In this document: one piece after another, positions 17,945 to 26,246 of the stretch
Layout: every line of letters begins with the position of its first letter
How positions within the stretch are numbered: the stretch's first letter is position 1
NCBI GenBank assembly: GCA_050258235.1
Contig: JBLMYK010000329.1
Coordinates: forward strand, 3,910 to 67,909
DNA: 64,000 nt
Reading direction: 5' to 3'
Source of the DNA: Gemmatimonadota bacterium
GTDB lineage: Bacteria; Pseudomonadota; Gammaproteobacteria; Burkholderiales; Burkholderiaceae_F
Translations under genes and position numbers: made by a program
Notes under the pieces: generated by a model
The model's database searches: none
Told to the model about the DNA's origin: nothing
Seen by the model: only the letters and a program-made list of their open reading frames with translations

Positions 17945-18976
17945 CTATTTCGCGGTCGGCTTCGGCTGGCTGTCGTCGATCTTCACCGTGAACTTGCCGG
18001 CGAGGATCGCCGCCTCCTTGTCCTTCACGCGCTTCATCAGGTCGGCCGGCACCTTCTTCTCGAACGTCCCCAGCGGTGCAAGCTGCGATCCCTTGACCGC
18101 CATGTACGACCACTTGCCGTAGTCCTCGGCCCTGAACCTTCCCTCCTTCACCGCCCTGATCGCCGTGTCGACGGTGGGCTCCATGTTCCACAGCGCGCTC
18201 GCCACCACCGTGTCGGGGTAGTTCGGCTGCGTGTCGATCACGTTGCCGATCGCCAGCACCTTGCGCTCCTTGGCCGCGTCGCTGACGCCGAAGCGTTCCG
18301 CGTACATGATGTCCGCGCCCTTGTCGATCATCGCGAATGCCGCTTCCTTCGCCTTGGGCGGATCGAACCACGAATTGATGAAGGTCACCATGAACTCGAC
18401 CTTCGGATTCACCTCGCGCGCACCGGCCATGAATGCGTTCATCAGCCGGTTCACCTCGGGAATCGGATAGCCGCCGACCATGCCGATCTTGTTCGACCTG
18501 GTCATGCCGCCGGCGATCATGCCGGTCAGGTAGGACGGCTCGTGGATGAAGTTGTCGAACACCGAGAAGTTCGGCTCCTGCGGCTTGCCCGACGAACCGA
18601 GCAGGAAAGCAATCTTCGGGTAGTCCTTGGCGACCTTGCGCGCGGCCGCTTCGACTGCGAATGCCTCGCCGACGATCAGATCGACTTTCTGTTCGGCGTA
18701 CTGGCGCATCACGCGCTCGTAGTCGGCGTTGGCAACGTTCTCGCTGAATACGTACTCGATGTCGCCGCGCGCGACCGCGGTGTTCATCGCCTTGTGGATG
18801 CGACTGACCCATTGCTGCTCGACCGGCACCGTGTAGATCGCGGCGATTTTCAGTTTCCTCGCCGCGTCGGCCTTCTTTGCCTGTGCGAGCGCGGTCAGTG
18901 GCACCAGGCAGACGAGACCAGCAGCGGGGGCGATCAGCAGCGTGCGGCGCGATGCGTTCGGGCGGACGTCTGGCAT
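17945..18976 (-). CDS. BMP-family (Med/PnrA-like) ABC substrate-binding protein
   Basis: 343 aa with a signal peptide. BMP-like blocks are KIAAIYTVPVEQQWVSRIH, DLIVGEAF, GYPIPEVNRLMNAFMAGA and TFINSWFDP. Confidence 0.93.
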   Translation of the reverse strand: MPDVRPNASRRTLLIAPAAGLVCLVPLTALAQAKKADAARKLKIAAIYTVPVEQQWVSRIHKAMNTAVARGDIEYVFSENVANADYERVMRQYAEQKVDLIVGEAFAVEAAARKVAKDYPKIAFLLGSSGKPQEPNFSVFDNFIHEPSYLTGMIAGGMTRSNKIGMVGGYPIPEVNRLMNAFMAGAREVNPKVEFMVTFINSWFDPPKAKEAAFAMIDKGADIMYAERFGVSDAAKERKVLAIGNVIDTQPNYPDTVVASALWNMEPTVDTAIRAVKEGRFRAEDYGKWSYMAVKGSQLAPLGTFEKKVPADLMKRVKDKEAAILAGKFTVKIDDSQPKPTAK

Positions 18977-19360
18977 GGGAGCTCCTCGTTCTTGTGCGGG
19001 ATGGTCGGGGACGCGCGCCGATGCAGCAAGCGCTTGCCGGCGCGGGCGGAAATGCTAGCAGCGATCGCGCACGGGTCGGGGCGCCACGCAGTTCGCCGCC
19101 GCAGCCGTGCATTGCGGACCAGATCGGCGATCCAACCCTTGCAGCGGATGCATCTTCTGTGAGGCGAGTCACACAACCGATGCCAAAACCACGACGCGGA
19201 GCTCTGGCGGTTTCGATCATTGATGCATCGCAACGAAGCTTGCCTCGATAGCGCGATCGTTCGCTCGGAGAAAACGCAGCGCCCCGAAGGAGCCCATCCG
19301 CTGCGTGTCGTGTTCGCTCAGGCAACCGGCAGCGTGGATGTTTCTTCCGGCCCCACCGCC

Positions 19361-21562
19361 ATGACCGAACTTCAATCACGACGACGATTCCTGAAGATCT
19401 CCGCGGCCACGTTCGGCGCGGCCGCGGCCGCGTCACAAGTGCCGCCGATCGCGCGCGCGGTCGGCGCCGACGCGCTGGCAGCCAAGGGTGACACGACGAT
19501 CCCGACCTTCTGCGAGATGTGCTTCTGGCGCTGCGGCGGCATCGCCCACATCCGCGACGGCAGGCTGTGGAAATTCGAAGGCAACCCGCTCGATCCGGCG
19601 AGCCGCGGCCGCCTGTGTCCGCGCGGCACCGGCGCCGTCGGCGCCTACTACGACCAGGACCGGCTGCGCACTCCGCTGATCCGCACCGGAGAACGCGGCA
19701 AGGAACAGTGGAAGGTCGCGAGCTGGGACGAGGCTTTCGCGTACATCGCCGAGCGCATGAACAAGATCAAGGCGCAGCACGGACCGGAGTCGGTCGCGAT
19801 GATCAATCACGGCATCGGCGCAACGATGGTGCGCCACATGCTGAAGAGCTGGGGCGCGATCAACTTTGTCGAACCTTCGTTTGCGCAATGCCGCGGCGCG
19901 CGCGACACCGGCTTCGCGCTGACGTTCGGCACCGGCATCGGCTCGCCCGAGCCCACCGACATCGCCAATACCGACTGCCTGGTGCTGCTCGGTTCGCACC
20001 TCGGCGAGAACATGCACAACACCCAGGTACAGGAGTTCGCCCGCGCGGTCGAGCGGCGCATTCCGATCATCGTGGTCGACCCACGCTACTCGACCGCGGC
20101 CAGCAAGGCCAAGTACTGGCTGCCGATCAAGCCCGGCACCGACATGGCGCTGCTGCTGGCGTGGATGAACGTGCTGGTGAACGAGGGTCGCTACGACCGC
20201 GCTTTCGTGGAGAAGTACGGCAAGGGTTTCGACAAGTTCGTGCAGGAGATCCGGCAGTACACGCCGCAGTGGGCCGAGGCCGAGACCGAGATCAAGGCGG
20301 AAACGATTCGCGCCACCGCGCTCGAGATGGCCAACGCGCGTCCGGCCACGCTCGTGCACCCGGGCCGTCGCACCGCCTGGTATGGCGACGACGCGCAAAG
20401 GAGCCGCGCGGTCGCGCTGCTGAGCGCACTGCTCGGCAACTGGGGCCGCAAGGGCGGCCTTTACCTGGCGGTCAACACCAAGGTGGCCGGCTATCCGCTG
20501 CCGTCCTATCCGAAGTCGGACAAGCCACCCGTCGACAACCCGGATCACAGCCGCTTCCCGTTCGCCGAGGAGCCGGTCACGACCGGCATGCGCGAGGCGA
20601 CGATCACCGGCAAGCCGTATCCGATCAAGGGCTGGTTCGTCTACTCGTCGAACATCATCCACGCGCTGCCGAACGAAGCGGAGACGCTGCAGGCGATCGA
20701 CCAGCTCGACCTGCTGGTGGTGATCGACACGCTGCCGAGCGAGACCGCGGGATATGCCGACGTCGTGCTGCCGGAGTGCACCTTCCTCGAGCGGCACGAC
20801 GAATTGCTGGCGCCGTGGAGCCGGCGCGGCTGGATCGCGCTGCGCCAGCCGGTGATGCCGTCGCCGCATGAGCAGAAGCCGGGCTGGTGGATCGCCAAGC
20901 AGCTGGCGAACAAGCTCGGCATTCCCGGCTGCATCCCGTTCAGCGACATGGAGGAGTACCTGCGCGCGCGCATCGAGAAGTCGGGCCACGACTGGGCGAA
21001 GTTCAAGCGCGAGGGAATCATCCTCGGGCCGGAGGCGCCGATCACGGTCGAAGAGGGCGCGGAGATCTCTTTCGACACGCCGTCGGGCAAGGTCGAGTTC
21101 TATTCCGAGCAGCTGAAGGACAAGGGCTTCGATCCGGTGCCGAAGTACAAGCGGCATGCCTCCGCGCCCCCGGGTTACTTCCGCCTGGTCACCGGGCGCG
21201 CGCCGATGCACACGTTCAGCCGCACGCAGACCAACCCGCTGCTGGGTGATCTGATGCGCGAGAACGAGATCTGGGTCAATGCCACGACCGCGAAGCAGCT
21301 CGGACTCGCCAACGGCCAGTACGTGAAGCTGAAGAACCAGGACGGCGTGGTCAGCAATCGCGTGCGGGTCAAGGCGACCCAGCGCATCCGCCCGGACACC
21401 GTCTACATGGTGTACGGCTTCGGCCATACCAGTCCGATGCTGAAGAGCGCCTACATGAAAGGGGCCAGCGCGGCACAGCTGCTGACGAAGTACGACATCG
21501 ATCCGTTGATGGGCGGCACCAGCCTGCACAGCAACTTCGTCAGCTTCGTGAAGGAGGCGTGA
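19361..21562 (+). CDS. Tat-exported molybdopterin oxidoreductase catalytic subunit, Psr/Phs (polysulfide/thiosulfate reductase) type
   Basis: The start is at MTELQSRRRFLKISAATFGAAAA (twin-arginine signal). The FS0 motif is CEMCFWRCGG...GRLCPRG. Cys at about residue 177 (FAQCRGARD) lies where the Mo ligand sits in Psr-type enzymes. The protein is 733 aa. Confidence 0.9.
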   Translation: MTELQSRRRFLKISAATFGAAAAASQVPPIARAVGADALAAKGDTTIPTFCEMCFWRCGGIAHIRDGRLWKFEGNPLDPASRGRLCPRGTGAVGAYYDQDRLRTPLIRTGERGKEQWKVASWDEAFAYIAERMNKIKAQHGPESVAMINHGIGATMVRHMLKSWGAINFVEPSFAQCRGARDTGFALTFGTGIGSPEPTDIANTDCLVLLGSHLGENMHNTQVQEFARAVERRIPIIVVDPRYSTAASKAKYWLPIKPGTDMALLLAWMNVLVNEGRYDRAFVEKYGKGFDKFVQEIRQYTPQWAEAETEIKAETIRATALEMANARPATLVHPGRRTAWYGDDAQRSRAVALLSALLGNWGRKGGLYLAVNTKVAGYPLPSYPKSDKPPVDNPDHSRFPFAEEPVTTGMREATITGKPYPIKGWFVYSSNIIHALPNEAETLQAIDQLDLLVVIDTLPSETAGYADVVLPECTFLERHDELLAPWSRRGWIALRQPVMPSPHEQKPGWWIAKQLANKLGIPGCIPFSDMEEYLRARIEKSGHDWAKFKREGIILGPEAPITVEEGAEISFDTPSGKVEFYSEQLKDKGFDPVPKYKRHASAPPGYFRLVTGRAPMHTFSRTQTNPLLGDLMRENEIWVNATTAKQLGLANGQYVKLKNQDGVVSNRVRVKATQRIRPDTVYMVYGFGHTSPMLKSAYMKGASAAQLLTKYDIDPLMGGTSLHSNFVSFVKEA

Positions 21563-21563
21563 G

Positions 21564-22100
21564 ATGACGCGCTATGCCATGGTCATCGACACGCACAAGT
21601 GCGTCGGCTGCGCTGACTGCGTGGTCGCGTGCCAGACCGAGAACAACGTGCCGGTCGGCTACGCGCGCGACTGGATCACGACCGAGGTGCGCGGCGATTT
21701 TCCAAACGTGTCGCTCGAGATCCGGTCGGAGCGCTGCAACCACTGCGACAACCCGCCATGCGTGTATTGCTGCCCGACCGGAGCGAGCCACGTGACCACC
21801 GGCGGCATCGTCAAGGTGAATTCCAGCCGCTGCATCGGCTGCAAGGCCTGCGTGTCTGCCTGCCCGTACGGCGCGCGCTACGTGCATCCCGACGGGTATG
21901 CGGACAAGTGCACGTTCTGCGACCACCGCGTCAAGGAAGGCAAGGACCCCGCGTGCGTTTCGGTCTGCCCGACCCGGTGCATGACATTCGGCGACCTCGA
22001 CGATCCGAAGAGCGCGGTCAGCGCGCTGCTGCGGTCGCGCAGGCACCACACGCTGCTGCCCGAGGCCGGGACCCAGCCGCGCGTGTTCTATCTGACGTAG
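21564..22100 (+). CDS. 4Fe-4S ferredoxin-type electron-transfer subunit (PsrB-like)
   Basis: 178 aa with four cluster motifs: CVGCADCVVAC, CNHCDNPPCVYCCP, CIGCKACVSACP and CTFC...CVSVCP. The start is 1 nt after the catalytic subunit stop. Confidence 0.92.
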   Translation: MTRYAMVIDTHKCVGCADCVVACQTENNVPVGYARDWITTEVRGDFPNVSLEIRSERCNHCDNPPCVYCCPTGASHVTTGGIVKVNSSRCIGCKACVSACPYGARYVHPDGYADKCTFCDHRVKEGKDPACVSVCPTRCMTFGDLDDPKSAVSALLRSRRHHTLLPEAGTQPRVFYLT

Positions 22101-22110
22101 GAAGACGACG

Positions 22111-23160
22111 ATGCTCGAGATCACGTCCACCCGGCACAACCCGCTGGTCGATCCGTACCTGCATGTCTGGAGCTGGGAAATCCCGCTGTACCTGTTCCTG
22201 GGCGGCATCGTCGCGGGCCTGATGATCCTCGGCGGCGTCGCGCTGCTGCGGCTCGCTCGCGGCGAGGATCCGAAGAGCTACTTCTCGATGCACGCGCCGT
22301 GGCTCGCGTTCATGCTGCTGAACATCGGCATGGGCGCGTTGTTCCTCGACCTCGCGCACAAGCTGTACGTGTGGGCGGTCTACCTGACGCTGCAGCCGAC
22401 GGCCCCGATGTCGTGGGGCTCGTGGGTGCTGATCATCATCTACCCGCTGCTGCTGGTATCGGCGCTGATCCGCCTGCCGGAAGCATGGCCGTGGCTCGCG
22501 CGCCGCGTTCCGGCGCTCGCACGCTGGTCCAGCGCTTTGCTGGCGCGGCCGCGCACCATCGGGCTGCTCGGCTGGACAAACATCGTGCTGGGGGTTGCGG
22601 TCGGCATCTACACCGGCATCCTGCTCAGCACGATGGTCGCGCGCCCGCTGTGGAACGTGTCGATCCTCGGTCCGCTGTTCCTCGTGTCCGGACTGTCCGC
22701 CGGCGCCGCGCTGCTGCACCTGATGGTCGCGGTGCTGCCGCCGCGGCGACCTGCGCCGCAGGGATTGATCGGTGGCGCGATCGGCGCGCTGATTCAGCCG
22801 CTCGGTGCGCAGCCACCCGGCAAGGGCACGGCCGATACGCTGATCCGCGCCGACGTCGCGTTTCTCGCTGTCGAACTCCTGATGCTCGGATTGCTGCTGA
22901 TCGGCCTGACGACGGCGAGCGCGTCCCACGCAGCCGCGTTCGACCTGCTGATGCACGGCAAGTATGCGGTCGCATTCTGGGTCGTGCTGGTCGGACTGGG
23001 GATCGTCGTGCCGCTGGCGCTGCAAGGTCTGGAACTCGGCCGTCGCATTCCGCACACGGTGGTGCCCGCGCTGCTCGTACTGGTGGGTGGCTACACGCTG
23101 CGCTGGTTGATGGTCAATGCGGGGCAGGTGAGCGAGATCGCGCACGCCGCCGCGCGCTGA
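22111..23160 (+). CDS. NrfD/PsrC-family integral membrane quinol-interacting subunit
   Basis: 349 aa with about 8 TM helices. The N-terminus VWSWEIPLYLFLGGIVAG is typical of the NrfD family. Confidence 0.88.
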   Translation: MLEITSTRHNPLVDPYLHVWSWEIPLYLFLGGIVAGLMILGGVALLRLARGEDPKSYFSMHAPWLAFMLLNIGMGALFLDLAHKLYVWAVYLTLQPTAPMSWGSWVLIIIYPLLLVSALIRLPEAWPWLARRVPALARWSSALLARPRTIGLLGWTNIVLGVAVGIYTGILLSTMVARPLWNVSILGPLFLVSGLSAGAALLHLMVAVLPPRRPAPQGLIGGAIGALIQPLGAQPPGKGTADTLIRADVAFLAVELLMLGLLLIGLTTASASHAAAFDLLMHGKYAVAFWVVLVGLGIVVPLALQGLELGRRIPHTVVPALLVLVGGYTLRWLMVNAGQVSEIAHAAAR

Positions 23161-23195
23161 AGGAATCGTGTTTGAACGTTGAAGAGGGGAATGAC

Positions 23196-24569
23196 ATGAG
23201 AAAGACGCTGTTTGCTGCCGCGGCTCTCGCGATCGCCGGTGCTGCCTTGGCTCAGTCGCCCGCCCCCGCGGGCAAGGCAAGCCAGCCGGCGGTGTGCAAC
23301 AACTGCCACAAGCCAGCCGCCGGCGAGGTGCGCGGCTATTTCGACAACGTGGCGTTCAAGTCGCAGTCGATCCAACTGGCGATCGACGCGGCGAAGGAGA
23401 TCGTCCGTTTCGATCCGAAGACGCTGAAGGTGATCGATGCCGGGTCCGAGCAGAAACCCGAGCATCTGTACGACGTGCGCGTTGGCCACGAATCGCTGAT
23501 TTCGTACGTCGTCAAGGACGGGCAGAAATGGGCGACCGAGATCCGCTTCAAGGGGGCCGCGAAGGTCGCCAAGGAGGACCTGGTCGACTACGCGTTCGTG
23601 AGGAAGCTGGTCGACCGCGGATCCGGCGATTTCGTTCTGGTCGATTCGCGTCCGCTGCCGCGTTTCCAGCAGGGCACGATTCCGGGCGCGATCAACGTTC
23701 CGTATCCCGCGTTCGACAAGTTCGCCAATCGCCTGCCGGCGAGCAAGAACACGCTGGTCGTGTTCTTCTGCCAGGGCCTGACCTGCCAGATGAGCCCGAT
23801 GTCGCAGAGCAAGGCCAAGGCGCTCGGCTATACGAACACCAAGGTGTATCACGAGGGCGTGCCGGAGTGGCAGAAGAAGGACTACCTGGCGACGACGCCC
23901 GAGTTCGTGAAGGCCGCCTATCTCGACAAGGACATACCGGCCGTGCTGCTCGACGTGCGCTCGACCGACGCGGCCATGTCCGGGCACATCAAGGGCGCCG
24001 TCAACATGCCGGCTGCGACCGTCAAGGCCAGGGCGCGCTCGTTCCCGGATCCGAAGCTCGAGGCGCCGATCATCGTCTATGACGGCCGCGGAGGAGCCGA
24101 CGCGATCGCCGCCGCGCGCGCGCTGATCAAGTCGGGCCAGGGCAACGTGCAGGTCGTCGCCGGCGGTCTGCTGGGATGGCAGGCCGCAGGCTATGCGATC
24201 GAATCGGGCGTGCCCGCCGCGATCAAGGTAGCCTACGCGCCGAAGCCCCGCGCCGGCTCGATACCGGTCGAAGAGTTTCGCGCGCTGGCACTGAAGACGC
24301 CCGCTGACGTGCTGATCCTCGACGTGCGAAACAAGGCGGAAGCCAACGCCGGGATGATCAAGGGCGCCGTGCAGATCGCCGAGGAAGAACTGCAGGCGCG
24401 CATCGCCGAACTGCCGAAGGACAAGCGCATCATCATCCATTGCACGACCGGCGTCCGCGCCGAGATGGCGTATCACAAGTTGAAGGAAGCCGGGTACAAG
24501 GCGGGCTTCCTGAATGCGGAGATCGCGATCGCCAAGGACGGATCCTTCAAGCTGGCGTCCAAGGCGTGA
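23196..24569 (+). CDS. secreted protein: N-terminal CXXCH (putative monohaem) module fused to three rhodanese-like domains
   Basis: The start is ATG 23196 (MRKTLFAAAALAIAGAALA|QS), preceded by GAGGGGA. CNNCH sits near the N-terminus. Three rhodanese repeats are present (VLVDSRP...FFCQGLTCQ, VLLDVRS...VYDGRGG, ILDVRN...IHCTTGVRA). The middle repeat lacks the catalytic Cys. Confidence 0.85.
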   Translation: MRKTLFAAAALAIAGAALAQSPAPAGKASQPAVCNNCHKPAAGEVRGYFDNVAFKSQSIQLAIDAAKEIVRFDPKTLKVIDAGSEQKPEHLYDVRVGHESLISYVVKDGQKWATEIRFKGAAKVAKEDLVDYAFVRKLVDRGSGDFVLVDSRPLPRFQQGTIPGAINVPYPAFDKFANRLPASKNTLVVFFCQGLTCQMSPMSQSKAKALGYTNTKVYHEGVPEWQKKDYLATTPEFVKAAYLDKDIPAVLLDVRSTDAAMSGHIKGAVNMPAATVKARARSFPDPKLEAPIIVYDGRGGADAIAAARALIKSGQGNVQVVAGGLLGWQAAGYAIESGVPAAIKVAYAPKPRAGSIPVEEFRALALKTPADVLILDVRNKAEANAGMIKGAVQIAEEELQARIAELPKDKRIIIHCTTGVRAEMAYHKLKEAGYKAGFLNAEIAIAKDGSFKLASKA

Positions 24570-24670
24570 GCGCGCGCCCCAGCCGGTGTGACGCGCCCGC
24601 CCGGCGTGCCACATCGCGGCTGGTCCGCACGGACATCGCATCGAACTGAGACGGACTAGGGAGAAACTCA

Positions 24671-25231
24671 ATGAGCGTCAGCAATCCCGTGCCATCGCGC
24701 CCGTACGCGCCGGACGTTGCGCACGTGACATCGTCGCGCGTGATGAATCCGTACCTGGCCGGGTTCGGCCTGGGACTCGTGCTGCTCGCCGCGTTCCTGG
24801 TCATGGGCCGCGGGCTCGGTGCCACCGCGGCGTTCGGCTCGGTGGTCGCCGCGATCGCCGGCGCCATCTCGCCCGACTGGACGGCCGCCAGTCCGGCGCT
24901 GAAGAACTACTTCGCCGATCCTCCCGCCACCAACTGGACCTTCTACCTGATCGCCGGCGCCTTCGTGGGTGCGCTGGTCTCGGGCCTGCTCGCGCACCGC
25001 GCGCGCTTCCGCATCGAGCACGGTCCGCATCTGTCGGTGCAGGCGCGGCTCGCGCTGGCGTTCTGCGGGGGTGCGCTGGCGGCGATCGGCGCCAAGCTGG
25101 CCAAGGGCTGCACCAGCGGTCAGGCGCTGACCGGTGGTGCGCAACTGAATGTCGGCAGCTGGGTGTTCATGCTGGCGGTCTTCGCCGGGGCCTACCTGCT
25201 GGCGTATTTCGTGCGGAAGGAATGGCAATGA
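24671..25231 (+). CDS. YeeE/YedE-family (sulfur transport) membrane protein, half-size
   Basis: 186 aa with about 4 TM helices and the conserved GCTSGQ loop. The start is preceded by AGGGAG. An internal ATG (MNPYLAGF) is an alternative start. Confidence 0.85.
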   Translation: MSVSNPVPSRPYAPDVAHVTSSRVMNPYLAGFGLGLVLLAAFLVMGRGLGATAAFGSVVAAIAGAISPDWTAASPALKNYFADPPATNWTFYLIAGAFVGALVSGLLAHRARFRIEHGPHLSVQARLALAFCGGALAAIGAKLAKGCTSGQALTGGAQLNVGSWVFMLAVFAGAYLLAYFVRKEWQ

Positions 25232-25824
25232 CGCTTCCACTCTATGGTTTCGAACTGATCACCGACGCGCAGGGCCTGCTCGTTGCGCTCGTCCTGGGAT
25301 TCGGATTCGGGTGGTTCCTCGAGCGCGCCGGCTTCGGCAGTTCGCGCCGGCTCGCGGCGCAGTTCTATCTGTACGACATGACCGTGCTGAAGGTGATGTT
25401 CACCGCGATCGTCACGGCCGCGATCGGACTATGGCTGTTTTCCGCGATCGGCTGGCTCGATTTGAGCTATGTGTACCTGACCCCGACCAGCCTCGGCGCG
25501 CAGTTGATCGGGGGCCTGCTGCTCGGCGCCGGTTTCATCATCGGCGGCTTCTGCCCCGGCACCTCGGTGACCGCCGCCGCCACGGGCAGCGGGGACGGCG
25601 TGACCTTCATGCTGGGATTCGCGGCCGGCCTGGCGATCTACGCGGTGGCGCTGCCGGGCCTCGAGGTGTGGGCCAACGCCAACAGCATTGGCGAGGCGAC
25701 CCTGCCGCAGTTCTTTGGCGTGCCATACGGCGCCGTCGTGCTTGCGCTGGTGGTCGTGGCGCTGGCGGCCTTCGCCGGCGCCGAGTGGTCGGAACGCAAG
25801 TTCAGCTACCTGCGGCCGCGATAG
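25222..25824 (+). CDS. YeeE/YedE-family (sulfur transport) membrane protein, half-size
   Basis: 200 aa with a GFCPGT loop. It overlaps the previous gene. ATG 25228 would give the classic ATGA overlap and may be the true start. Confidence 0.85.
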   Translation: MAMTLPLYGFELITDAQGLLVALVLGFGFGWFLERAGFGSSRRLAAQFYLYDMTVLKVMFTAIVTAAIGLWLFSAIGWLDLSYVYLTPTSLGAQLIGGLLLGAGFIIGGFCPGTSVTAAATGSGDGVTFMLGFAAGLAIYAVALPGLEVWANANSIGEATLPQFFGVPYGAVVLALVVVALAAFAGAEWSERKFSYLRPR

Positions 25825-25850
25825 CGCGGATTGATCCAGATCGAAGAAAA

Positions 25851-25873
25851 GCCCGGTCAACCCTTGACCGGGC
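25851..25873 (+). terminator. hairpin after the YeeE/YedE pair
   Basis: GCCCGGTCAA-CCC-TTGACCGGGC forms a 10-bp stem. It has an A-rich 5' flank and no clear 3' U-tract on the plus strand. Confidence 0.3.
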
Positions 25874-26003
25874 TCGTGCGCTTACGCAAAGTACGCGCCT
25901 CGCGCCGGCCGCAGGCGCGTGACGTTTCAGGGCCCCGGCATGCGGGTGACCTGATTTCCTGCAACCACGCTTGAAACCAAGCACCCACTGACGGAGTTTT
26001 TGA

Positions 26004-26180
26004 ATGAAGCGCTTGTTGATTGTTCTTGCGACTGCTGCGTTCGCCGCCGCGCCCGCGTTTGCCGAGGAGAAGAAGGCCGACGCGAAGCCGACGATGGAAC
26101 AGTGCAAGAAGGACCCCAAGATCAAGGGCTGTGACAAGGTCCTGAAGGCCGAGAAGAAGGTGAAGAAGGGCGGCTGCTGA
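26004..26180 (+). CDS. small secreted Lys/Cys-rich peptide (58 aa)
   Basis: The gene is below the ORF-track length cutoff. GGAG lies 7 nt upstream of the ATG. The product is MKRLLIVLATAAFAAAPAFA|EEKKADAKPTMEQCKKDPKIKGCDKVLKAEKKVKKGGC, with stop TGA at 26178-26180. A strong intrinsic terminator follows immediately. Confidence 0.6.
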   Translation: MKRLLIVLATAAFAAAPAFAEEKKADAKPTMEQCKKDPKIKGCDKVLKAEKKVKKGGC

Positions 26181-26197
26181 ACTGAGCCGCTTTCAAT

Positions 26198-26235
26198 GCA
26201 AACGGGCCGCAGTCGCGGCCCGTTTGCTTTCTTGC
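26198..26235 (+). terminator. rho-independent terminator (possibly bidirectional)
   Basis: GCAAACGGGCCGC-AGTC-GCGGCCCGTTTGC forms a 13-bp perfect stem and is followed by TTTCTT. It lies between the small peptide gene and the convergent FadL gene. Confidence 0.7.
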
Positions 26236-26246
26236 TGCGTGCCTGA

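Noticed and set aside
19026-19037. Perfect 12-bp palindrome GCAAGCGCTTGC upstream of the BMP binding-protein gene. The same applies to the 10-bp palindrome TGCCTAGGCA at 8921-8930 in the MarR/MFS divergent region.
   Set aside because: Short perfect palindromes are expected by chance several times in 64 kb (roughly one 12-mer per 4 kb). No second half-site or repeat supports an operator. They are worth testing only if a regulator motif is known.
18977-19360. Moco riboswitch or other structured leader upstream of the molybdoenzyme gene
   Set aside because: I could not find the conserved Moco-motif elements or a convincing multi-stem fold by eye. This needs a covariance-model scan (Rfam Moco_RNA_motif) to be excluded formally.
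19433-21529. 698-aa minus-strand ORF opposite the molybdoenzyme gene
   Set aside because: It is a shadow ORF. The plus-strand frame carries the Tat signal, the FS0 motif and a full-length Psr-like pattern.
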